DNA from: Paragordius varius
Taxonomy: Eukaryota > Animalia > Nematomorpha
Reading direction: 5' to 3'
Length of the DNA stretch: 64,000 nt
Assembly: GCA_964247055.1 (NCBI GenBank)
Contig: OZ176054.1
Location: 620,001 to 684,000, forward strand
Within the stretch, counting starts at the first letter, position 1; each line of letters starts with the position of its first letter. The notes under the pieces are model-generated. The model was not told the DNA's origin. It ran no database searches and worked only from the letters and a program-made list of their open reading frames with translations. A program made the position numbers and the translations under genes. This document shows positions 1 to 11,000 of this stretch, one piece after another.

Positions 1-10
1 TCACCGGTGA
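1..10. other. 10-bp perfect palindrome TCACCGGTGA at the monomer junction (contains AgeI, SgrAI and HpaII/MspI sites); present in most monomers
   Basis: The sequence is self-complementary. It is altered in TTGACCGG variants and deleted in four monomers near 48951, 50915, 55028 and 56992. Confidence 0.95.
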
Positions 11-13
11 CCT

Positions 14-106
14 ATATCCGATTTTTAAGGACAAAGTTTAACTTGAGTATTGATGCGACTGGTTTAATACCATAATTTTTAAAGGATCGTTGTAAAAATC
101 GGATAT
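14..106. repeat. Intra-monomer perfect 14-bp inverted repeat ATATCCGATTTTTA (14-27) / TAAAAATCGGATAT (93-106), 65-bp spacer; repeated in most monomers
   Basis: The two arms are exact reverse complements. Shown for monomer 1. Confidence 0.97.
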
Positions 107-2062
107 GAAAGAGTTTGTCAAACTATCTCTATATTTTGATGTAGTCTTACTAAGAGAATGTATAAAAATAGTTTTGTTCACCGGTGACCAATATCCGATT
201 TTTAAGGACAAAGTTTAACTTTTGTATTGATGCGATTTATTGATGCGACTGGTTTAATACCATAATTTTTAAAGTATCGTTGTAAAAATCGGATATGAAA
301 GAGTTTGTCAAACTATCTCTATATTTTGATGTAGTCTTACTAAGAGAATGTATAAAAAATAGTTTTGTTCACCGGTGACCAATATCCGATTTTTAAGGAC
401 AAAGTTTAACTTGAGTATTGATGCGACTAGTTTAATACTTTAATTTTTAAAGTATCGTTGTAAAAATCGGATATGAAAGAGTTTGTCAAACTATCTCTAT
501 ATTTTGATGTAGTCTTGCTAAGAATGTATAAAAAATAGTTTTGTTCACCGGTGACCAATATCCGATTTTTAAGGACAAAGTTTAACTTGAGTATTGATGC
601 GACTGGTTTAATACCATAATTTTTAAAGTATCATTGTAAAAATCGGATATGAAAGAGTTTGTCAAACTATCTCTATATTTTGATGTAGTCTTACTAAGAG
701 AATGTATAAAAAATAGTTTTGTTCACCGGTGACCAATATCCGATTTTTAAGGACAAAGTTTAACTTGAGTATTGATGCGATTTATTGAAGCGACTGGTAA
801 TACCATAATTTTTAAAGTATCGTTGTAAAAATCGGATATGAAATAGTTTGTCAAACTATCTCTATATTTTGATGTAGTCTTACTAAGAGAATGTATAAAA
901 AATAGTTTTGTTCACCGGTGACCAATATCCGATTTTTAAGGACAAAGTTTAACTTGAGTATTGATGCAGCTAGTTTAATACATTAATTTTTAAAGTATCG
1001 TTGTAAAAATCGGATATGAAAGAGTTTGTCAAACTATCTCTATATTTTGATGTAGTCTTGCTAAGAATGTATAAAAAATAGTTTTGTTCACCGGTGACCA
1101 ATATCCGATTTTTAAGGACAAAGTTTAACTTGAGTATTGGTGCGACTGGTTTAATACCATAATTTTTAAAGTATCGTTGTAAAAATCGGATATGGAAGAG
1201 TTTGTCAAACTATCTCTATATTTTGATGTAGTCTTACTAAGAGAATGTATAAAAAATAGTTTTGTTCACCGGTGACCAATATCCGATTTTTAAGGACAAA
1301 GTTTAACTTGAGTATTGATGCGACTGGTTTAATACCATAATTTTTAAAGTATCGTTGTAAAAATCGGATAGGAAAGAGTTTGTCAAACTATCTCTATATT
1401 TTGATGTAGTCTTACTAAGAGAATGTATATAAAATAATTTTGTTCACCGGTGACCAATATCCGATTTTTAAGGACAAAGTTTAACTTGAGTATTGATGCG
1501 ACTGGTTTAATACCATAATTTTTAAAGTATCGTTGAAATCGGATATGAAAGAGTTTGTCAAACTATCTCTATATTTTTATGTAGTCTTACTAAGAGAATG
1601 TATAAAAAATAATTTTGTTCACCGGTGACCAATATCCGATTTTTAAGGACAAAGTTTAACTTGAGTATTGATGCGACTAGTTTAATAATACATTAATTTT
1701 TAAAGTATCGTTGTAAAAATCGGATATGAAAGAGTTTGTCAAACTATCTCTATATTTTGATGTAGTTCTTACTAAGAGAATGTATAAAAAATAGTTTTGT
1801 TCACCGGTGACCAATATCCGATTTTTAAAGACAAAGTTTAACTTGAGTATTGATGCGACTGGTTTAATACCATAATTTTTAAAGTATCGTTGTAAAAATC
1901 GGATATGAAAAAGTTAGTCAAACTATCTCTATATTTTGATGTAGTCTTACTAAGAGAATGTATAAAAAATTATTTTGTTTACCGGTGACCAATATCCGAT
2001 TTTTAAGGACAAAGTTTAACTTGAGTATTGATGCCACTGGTTTAATACCATAATTTTTAAAG

Positions 2063-2079
2063 TTTCGTTGAAATCGGAT
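2063..2079 (+). promoter_or_regulatory. CENP-B-box-like 17-mer TTTCGTTGAAATCGGAT (also 2776-2792 and 3852-3868); weaker form TATCGTTGAAATCGGAT in about 30 further monomers, e.g. 1528-1544
   Basis: Against the canonical box YTTCGTTGGAARCGGGA it matches 13/17 positions and 8 of the 9 core positions (TTCG, A, CGGG), with correct spacing. The TATCG form matches 12/17 and 7/9. This is sequence similarity only; binding is unshown. Confidence 0.4.
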
Positions 2080-2151
2080 ATGAAAGAGTTTGTCAAACTA
2101 TCTCTATATTTTGATGTAGTCTTACTAAGAGAATGTATAAAAAATAATTTT

Positions 2152-3400
2152 GTTCACCGGTGACCAATATCCGATTTTTAAGGACAAAGTTTAACTTGAG
2201 TATTGATGCTACTAGTTTAATACATTAATTTTTTAAGTATCGTTGTAAAAATCGGATATGAAAGAGTTTGTCAAACTATCTCTATATTTTGATGTAGTCT
2301 TACTAAGAGAATGTATAAAAAATAGTTTTGTTCACCGGTGACCAATATCCGATTTTTAAGGACAATGTTTAGCTTGAGTATTGATGCGACTAGTTTTATA
2401 CATTAATTTTTAAAGTATCGTTGTAAAAATCGGATATGAAAGAGTTTGTCAAACTATTTCTGTATTTTTATGTAGTCTTACTAAGAGAATGTATAAAAAA
2501 TAATTTTGTTCACCGGTGACCAATATTCGATTTTTAAGGACAAAGTTTAACTTGAGTATTGATGCGACTAGTTTAATAATACATTAATTTTTAAAGTATC
2601 GTTGTAAAAATCGGATATGAAAGAGTTTGTCAAACTATCTCTATATTTTGATGTAGTTCTTACTAAGAGAATGTATAAAAAATAGTTTTGTTCACCGGTG
2701 ACCAATATCCGATTTTTAAAGACAAAGTTTAACTTGAGTATTGATGCCACTGGTTTAATACCATAATTTTTAAAGTTTCGTTGAAATCGGATATGAAAGA
2801 GTTTGTCAAACTATCTCTATATTTTGATGTAGTCTTACTAAGAGAATGTATAAAAAATAATTTTGTTCACCGGTGACCAATATCCGATTTTTAAGGACAA
2901 AGTTTAACTTGAGTATTGATGCTACTAGTTTAATACATTAATTTTTTAAGTATCGTTGTAAAAATCGGATATGAAAGAGTTTGTCAAACTATCTCTATAT
3001 TTTGATGTAGTCTTACTAAGAGAATGTATAAAAAATAGTTTTGTTCACCGGTGACCAATATCCGATTTTTAAGGACAATGTTTAGCTTGAGTATTGATGC
3101 GACTAGTTTTATACATTAATTTTTAAAGTATCGTTGTAAAAATCGGATATGAAAGAGTTTGTCAAACTATTTCTGTATTTTTATGTAGTCTTACTAAGAG
3201 AATGTATAAAAAATAATTTTGTTCACCGGTGACCAATATTCGATTTTTAAGGACAAAGTTTAACTTGAGTATTGATGCGACTAGTTTTATACATTAATCT
3301 TTAAAGTATCGTTGTAAAAATCGGATATGAAATAGTTTGCCAAACTATCTTTATATTTTGAGGTAGTCCTACTAAGAGAATGTATAAAAAATAATTTTGT
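2152..3400 (+). repeat. Local 4-monomer duplication, period 713 bp
   Basis: GATGCTACT occurs at 2208 and 2921 (offset 713). The ACAATGTTTAGC monomer follows each copy. Confidence 0.8.
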
Positions 3401-3951
3401 TCACCGGTGACCAATATCCGATTTTTAAGGACAAAGTTTAACTTGAGTATTGATGCGATTTATTGATACGACTTTTTATACATTAATTTTTAAAGTATCG
3501 TTGTAAAAATCGGATATGAAAGAGTTTGTCAAACTATCTCTATATTTTGATGTAGTCTTGCTAAGAGAATATATAAAAAATAATTTTATTCACCGGTGAC
3601 CAATATCCGATTTTTAAGGACAAAGTTTATTTTGAGTATTGATGCGACTAGTTTAATACATTAATTTTTTAAGTATCGTTGTAAAAATCGGATATGAAAG
3701 AGTTTGTCAAACTATCTCTATATTTTGATGTAGTCTTACTAAGAGAATGTATAAAAAATAGTTTTGTTCACCGGTGACCAATATCCGATTTTTAAGGACA
3801 AAGTTTAACTTGAGTATTGATGCGACTGGTTTAATACCATAATTTTTAAAGTTTCGTTGAAATCGGATATGAAAGAGTTTGTCAAACTATCTCTATATTT
3901 TGATGTAGTCTTACTAAGAGAATGTATAAAAAATAATTTTGTTCACCGGTG

Positions 3952-5020
3952 ACCAATATCCGATTTTTAAGGACAAAGTTTAACTTGAGTATTGATGCTA
4001 CTAGTTTAATACATTAATTTTTTAAGTATCGTTGTAAAAATCGGATATGAAAGAGTTTGTCAAACTATCTCTATATTTTGATGTAGTCTTACTAAGAGAA
4101 TGTATAAAAAATAGTTTTGTTCACCGGTGACCAATATCCGATTTTTAAGGACAATGTTTAGCTTGAGTATTGATGCGACTAGTTTTATACATTAATTTTT
4201 AAGTATCGTTGTAAAAATCGGATATGAAAGAGTTTGTCAAACTATTTCTATATTTTTATGTAGTCTTACTAAGAGAATGTATAAAAAATAATTTTGTTCA
4301 CCGGTGACCAATATTCGATTTTTAAGGACAAAGTTTAACTTGAGTATTGATGCGACTAGTTTTATACATTAATTTTTAAAGTATCGTTGTAAAAATCGGA
4401 TATGAAATAGTTTGCCAAACTATCTTTATATTTTGAGGTAGTCCTACTAAGAGAATGTATAAAAAATAATTTTGTTCACCGGTGACCAATATCCGATTTT
4501 TAAGGACAAAGTTTAACTTGAGTATTGATGCTACTAGTTTAATACATTAATTTTTTAAGTATCGTTGTAAAAATCGGATATGAAAGAGTTTGTCAAACTA
4601 TCTCTATATTTTGATGTAGTCTTACTAAGAGAATGTATAAAAAATAGTTTTGTTCACCGGTGACCAATATCCGATTTTTAAGGACAATGTTTAGCTTGAG
4701 TATTGATGCGACTAGTTTTATACATTAATTTTTAAGTATCGTTGTAAAAATCGGATATGAAAGAGTTTGTCAAACTATTTCTATATTTTTATGTAGTCTT
4801 ACTAAGAGAATGTATAAAAAATAATTTTGTTCACCGGTGACCAATATTCGATTTTTAAGGACAAAGTTTAACTTGAGTATTGATGCGACTAGTTTTATAC
4901 ATTAATTTTTAAAGTATCGTTGTAAAAATCGGATATGAAATAGTTTGCCAAACTATCTTTATATTTTGAGGTAGTCCTACTAAGAGAATGTATAAAAAAT
5001 AATTTTGTTCACCGGTGACC
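3952..5020 (+). repeat. 3-monomer higher-order repeat, about 534 bp, 2 copies
   Basis: The ordered trio (GCTACT monomer, AATGTTTAGC monomer, AAATAGTTTGCC/GAGGTAGTCC monomer) appears twice in tandem. Confidence 0.85.
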
Positions 5021-8000
5021 AATATCCGATTTTTAAGGACAAAGTTTAACTTGAGTATTGATGCGATTTATTGATACGACTTTTTATACATTAATTTTTA
5101 AAGTATCGTTGTAAAAATCGGATATAAAAGAGTTTGTCAAACTATCTCTATATTTTGATGTAGTCTTGCTAAGAGAATGTATAAAAAATAGTTTTGTTCA
5201 CCGGTGACCAATATCCGATTTTTAAGGACAAAGTTTATTTTGAGTATTGATGCGACTAGTTTAATACATTAATTTTTAAAGTATCGTTGTAAAAATCGGA
5301 TATGAAAGAGTTTGTCAAACTATTTCTATATTTTGATGTAGTCTTACTAAGAGAATGTATAAAAAATAATTTTGTTCACCGGTGACCAATATTCGATTTT
5401 TAAGGACAAAGTTTAACTTGAGTATTGATGCGACTAGTTTAACACATTAATTTTTTAAGTATCGTTGTAAAAATCGGATATGAAAGAGTTTGTCAAACTA
5501 TCTCTATATTTTGATGTAGTCTTACTAAGAGAATGTATAAAAAATAGTTTTGTTCACCGGTGACCAATATCCGATTTTTAAGGACAAAGTTTAACTTGAG
5601 TATTGATGCGACTGGTTTAATACCATAATTTTTAAAGTATCGTTGTAAAAATCGGATATGAAAAAGTTTGTCAAACTATTTCTATATTTTTATGTAGTCT
5701 TACTAAGAGAATGTATAAAAAATAATTTTGTTCACCGGTGACCAATATTCGATTTTTAAGGACAAAGTTTAACTTGAGTATTGATGCGACTAGTTTTATA
5801 CATTAATTTTTAAAGTATCGTTGTAAAAATTGGATATGAAATAGTTTGCCAAACTATCTTTATATTTTGAGGTAGTCCTACTAAGAGAATGTATAAAAAA
5901 TAATTTTGTTCACCGGTGACCAATATCCGATTTTTAAGGACAAAGTTTAACTTGAGTATTGATGCGATTTATTGATACGACTATTTATACATTAATTTTT
6001 AGTGTATCGTTGTAAAAATCGGATATGAAAGAGTTTGTCAAACTATCTCTATATTTTAATGTAGTCTTGCTAAGAGAATATATAAAAAATAATTTTGTTC
6101 ACCGGTGACCAATATCCGATTTTTAAGGACAAAGTTTAATTTGAGTATTAATGCGACTAGTTTAATACCATAATTTTTAAAGTATCGTTGTAAAAATCGG
6201 ATATGAAAGAGTTTGTCAAACTATCTCTATATTTTGATGTAGTCTTACTAAGAGAATGTATAAAAAATAATTTTGTTCACCGGTGACCAATATCCGATTA
6301 TTAAGGACAAAGTTTAACTTGAGTATTGATGCGACTAGTTTAACACATTAATTTTTTAAGTATCGTTGTAAAAATCGGATATGAAAGAGTTTGTCAAACT
6401 ATCTCTATATTTTGATTAACTTACTAAGAGAATGTATAAAAAATAATTTTGTTCACCGGTGACCAATATCCGATTTTTAAGGACAAAGTTTAACTTGAGT
6501 ATTGATGCGATTTATTTATACGACTAGTTTTATACATTAATTTTTAAAGTATCGTTGTAAAAATCGGATATGAAAGAGTTTGTCAAACTATCTCTATATT
6601 TTAATGTAGTCTTGCTAAGAGAATATATAAAAAATAATTTTGTTCACCGGTGACCAATATCCGATTTTTAAGGACAAAGTTTAATTTGAGTATTAATGCG
6701 ACTAGTTTAATACCATAATTTTTAAAGTATCGTTGTAAAAATCGGATATGAAAGAGTTTGTCAAACTATCTCTATATTTTGATGTAGTCTTACTAAGAGA
6801 ATGTTTAAAAAATAATTTTGTTCACCGGTGACCAATATCCGATTTTTAAGGACAAAGTTTAACTTGAGTATTGATGCGACTGGTTTAATACCATAATTTT
6901 TAAAGTATCGTTGTAAAAATCGGATATGAAAGAGTTTGTAAAACTATCTCTATATTTTGATGTAGTCTTACTAAGAGAATGTATAAAAAATTATTTTGTT
7001 CACCGGTGACCAATATCCGATTTTTAAGGACAAAGTTTAACTTGAGTATTGATGCGACTTATTGATACGACTAGTTTTATATATTAATTTATAAAGTATC
7101 GTTGTAAAAATCGAATATGAAAGAGTTTGTCAAACTATCTCTATATTTTGATGTAGTCTTGCTAAGAGAATGTATAAAAAATAATTTTGTTCACCGGTGA
7201 CCAATATCCGATTTTTAAGGACAAAGTTTAACTTGAGTATTGATGCGACTAGTTTAATACATTAATATTTAAAGTATCGTTGTAAAAATCGGATATGAAA
7301 GAGTTTGTCAAACTATCTCTATATTTTGATGTAGTCTTACTAAGAGAATGTATAAAAAATAGTTTTGTTCACTGGTGACCAATATCCGATTTTTAAGGAC
7401 AAAGTTTAACTTGAGTATTGATGCGACTGGTTTAGTACCATAATTTTTAAAGTATTGTTGTAAAAATCGGATATGAAAGAGTTTGTCAAACTATCTCTAT
7501 ATTTTGATGTAGTCTTACTAAGAGAATGTATATAATAATTTTGTTCACCGGTGACCAATATCCGATTTTTAAGGACAAAGTTTAACTTGAGTATTGATGC
7601 GACTGGTTTAATACATTAATTTTTAAAGTATCGTTGTAAAAATCGGATATGAAAGACTTTGTCAAACTATCTCTATATTTTGATGTAGTCTTATTAAGAG
7701 AATGTATAAAAAATAGTTTGGTTCACCGATGACCAATATCCGATTTTTAAGGACAAAGTTTAACTTGAGTATTGATGCGACTTATTGATACGACTAGTTT
7801 TATATATTAATTTATAAAGTATCGTTGTAAAAATCGGATATGAAAGAGTTTGTCAAACTATCTCTATATTTTGATGTAGTCTTGCTAAGACAATGTATAA
7901 AAAATAGTTTTGTTCACCGGTGACCAATATCCGATTTTAAAGGACAAAGTTTAACTTGAGTATTGATGCGACTGGTTTAATACATTAATTTTTAAAGTAT

Positions 8001-8091
8001 CGTTGTAAAAATCGGATATGAAAGAGTTTGTCAAACTATCTCTATATTTTGATGTAGTCTTACTAAGAGAATGTATAAAAAATAGTTTTGT

Positions 8092-11000
8092 TCACCGGTG
8101 ACCAATATCCGATTTTTAAGGACAAAGTTTAACTTGAGTATTGATGCGACTGGTTTAATACCATAATTTTTAAAGTATCGTTGTTAAAATCGGATATGAA
8201 AGAGTTTGTCAAACTATCTCTATGTTTTGATGTAGTCTTACAAAGAGAATGCATAAAAAATAATTTTGTTCACCGGTGACCAATATCCGATTTTTAAGGA
8301 CAAAGTTTAACTTGAGTATTGATGCGATTTATTGATACGACTAGTTTTATACATTAATTTTTAAAGTATCGTTGTAAAAATCGGATATGAAAGAGTTTGT
8401 CAAACTATCTCTATATTTTGATGTAGTCTTACTAAGAGAATGTATAAAAAATAATTTTGTTCACCGGTGACCAATATCCGATTTTTAAGGACAAAGTTTA
8501 ACTTGAGTATTGATGCGATTTATTGATACGACTAGTTTTATACATTAATTTTTAAAGTATCGTTGTAAAAATCGGATATGAAAGAGTTTGTCAAACTATC
8601 TCTATATTTCAATGTAGTCTTGCTAAGAGAATATATAAAAAATAATTTTGTTCACCGGTGACCAATATCCGATTTTTAAGGACAAAGTTTAATTTGAGTA
8701 TTGATGCGACTAGTTTAATACCATAATTTTTAAAGTATCGTTGTAAAAATCGGATATGAAAGAGTTTGTAAATCTATCTCTATATTTTGATGTAGTCTTA
8801 CTAAGAGAATGTAGTAAAAATTATTTTGTTCACCGGTGACCAATATCCGATTTTTAAGGACAAAGTTTAACTTGAGTATTGATGCGACTGGTTTAATACC
8901 ATAATTTTTAAAGTATCGTTGTAAAAATCGGATATGAAAGAGTTTGTAAAACTATCTCTATATTTTGATGTAGTCTTACTAAGAGAATGTAGTAAAAATA
9001 ATTTTGTTCACCGGTGACCAATATCCGATTTTTAAGGACAAAGTTTAACTTGAGTATTGATGCGATTTATTGATACGACTAGTTTTATACATTAATTTTT
9101 AAAGTATCGTTGTAAAAATCGGATATGAAAGAGTTTGTCAAACTATCTCTATATTTCAATGTAGTCTTGCTAAGAGAATATATAAAAAATAATTTTGTTC
9201 ACCGGTGACCAATATCCGATTTTTAAGGACAAAGTTTAACTTGAGTATTGATGCGACTGGTTTAATACCATAATTTTTAAAGTATCGTTGTAAAAATCGG
9301 ATATGGAAGAGTTTGTAAAACTATCTCTATATTTTGATGTAGTCTTGCTAAGAGAATATATAAAAAATAATTTTGTTCACCGGTGACCAATATCCGATTT
9401 TTAAGGACAAAGTTTAATTTGAGTATTGATGCGACTAGTTTAATACCATAGTTTTTAAAGTATCGTTGTAAAAATCGGATATGAAAGAGTTTGTAAAACT
9501 ATCTCTATATTTTGATGTAGTCTTACTAAGAGAATGTAGTAAAAATAATTTTGTTCACCGGTGACCAATATCCGATTTTTAAGGACAAAGTTTAATTTGA
9601 GTATTGATGCGACTAGTTTAATACCATAATTTTTAAAGTATCGTTGTAAAAATCGGATATGAAAGAGTTTGTAAAACTATCTCTATATTTTGATGTAGTC
9701 TTACTAAGAGAATGTAGTAAAAATAATTTTGTTCACCGGTGACCAATATCCGATTTTTAAGGACAAAGTTTAATTTGAGTATTGATGCGACTAGTTTAAT
9801 ACCATAATTTTTAAAGTATCGTTGTAAAAATCGGATATGAAAGAGTTTGTCAAACTATCTCTATATTTTGATGTAGTCTTGCTAAGAATGTATAAAAAAT
9901 AGTTTTGTTCACCGGTGACCAATATCCGATTTTTAAGGACAAAGTTTAACTTGAGTATTGATGCGACTGGTTTAATACCATAATTTTTAAAGTATCGTTG
10001 AAATCGGATATGAAAGAGTTTGTCAAACTATCTCCTATATTTTGATGTAGTCTGACTAAGAGAATGTATAAAAAATAATTTTGTTCACCGGTGACCAATA
10101 TCCGATTTTTAAGGACAAAGTTTAACTTGAGTATTGATGCGACTAGTTTAATACATTAATTTTTAAAGTATCGTTGTAAAAATCGGATATGAAAGAGTTT
10201 GTCAAACTATCTCTATATTTTGATGTAGTCTTACTAAGAGAATGTATAAAAAATAGTTTTGTTCACCGGTGACCAATATCCGATTTTTAAGGACAAAGTT
10301 TAACTTGAGTATTGATGCGACTGGTTTAATACCATAATTTTTAAAGTATCGTTGTAAAACTCGGATATGAAAAAGTTTGTCAAACTATCCCTATTTGATG
10401 TAGTCTTACTAAGAGAATGTATAAAAAATTATTTTGTTCACCGGTGACCAATATCCGATTTTTAAGGACAAAGTTTAACTTGAGTATTGATGCGACTGGT
10501 TTAATACCATAATTTTAAAAGTATCGTTGAAATCGGATATGAAAGAGTTTGTCAAACTATCTCTATATTTTGATGTAGTCTTACTAAGAAAATGTATAAA
10601 AAATAATTTTGTTCACCGGTGACCAATATCCGATTTTTAAGGACAAAGTTTAACTTGAGTATTGATGCGACTAGTTTAACACATTAATTTTTAAAGTATC
10701 GTTGTAAAAATCGGATATGAAAGAGTTTGTCAAACTATCTCTATATTTTGATGTAGTCTTACTAAGAGAATGTATAAAAAATAATTTTGTTCACCGGTGA
10801 CCAATATTCGATTTTTAAGGACAAAGTTTATTTTGAGTATTGATGCGACTAGTTTAATACATTAATTTTTAAAGTATCGTTGTAAAAATCGGATATGAAA
10901 GAGTTTGTCAAACTATCTCTATATTTTGATGTAGTCTTACTAAGAGAATGTATAAAAAATAATTTTGTTCACCGGTGACCAATATTCGATTTTTAAGGAC

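Noticed and set aside
159-170. TATAAAA as a TATA box or promoter
   Set aside because: It is expected in a 71% AT repeat, occurs in every monomer and has no downstream gene.
1-178. Identity with Arabidopsis CEN178/CEN180 or primate 171-bp alpha satellite
   Set aside because: The length is similar, but the sequence does not resemble those consensuses as I recall them, apart from the short box-like motif.
1-178. Strict 10-bp A-tract phasing (intrinsic curvature)
   Set aside because: A/T tracts are frequent, but their spacing by eye is irregular (about 9-30 bp). It cannot be supported without a periodicity or curvature calculation.
2568-2750. 60-aa minus-strand ORF (MASILKLNFVFKNRILVTGEQ...)
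   Set aside because: It lies entirely within satellite monomers and is open only because local variants (GCCAC supplying the start context, the TTCTT insertion, AAAGAC) remove stops. I recognise no domain, and equivalent frames in the other monomers are closed.
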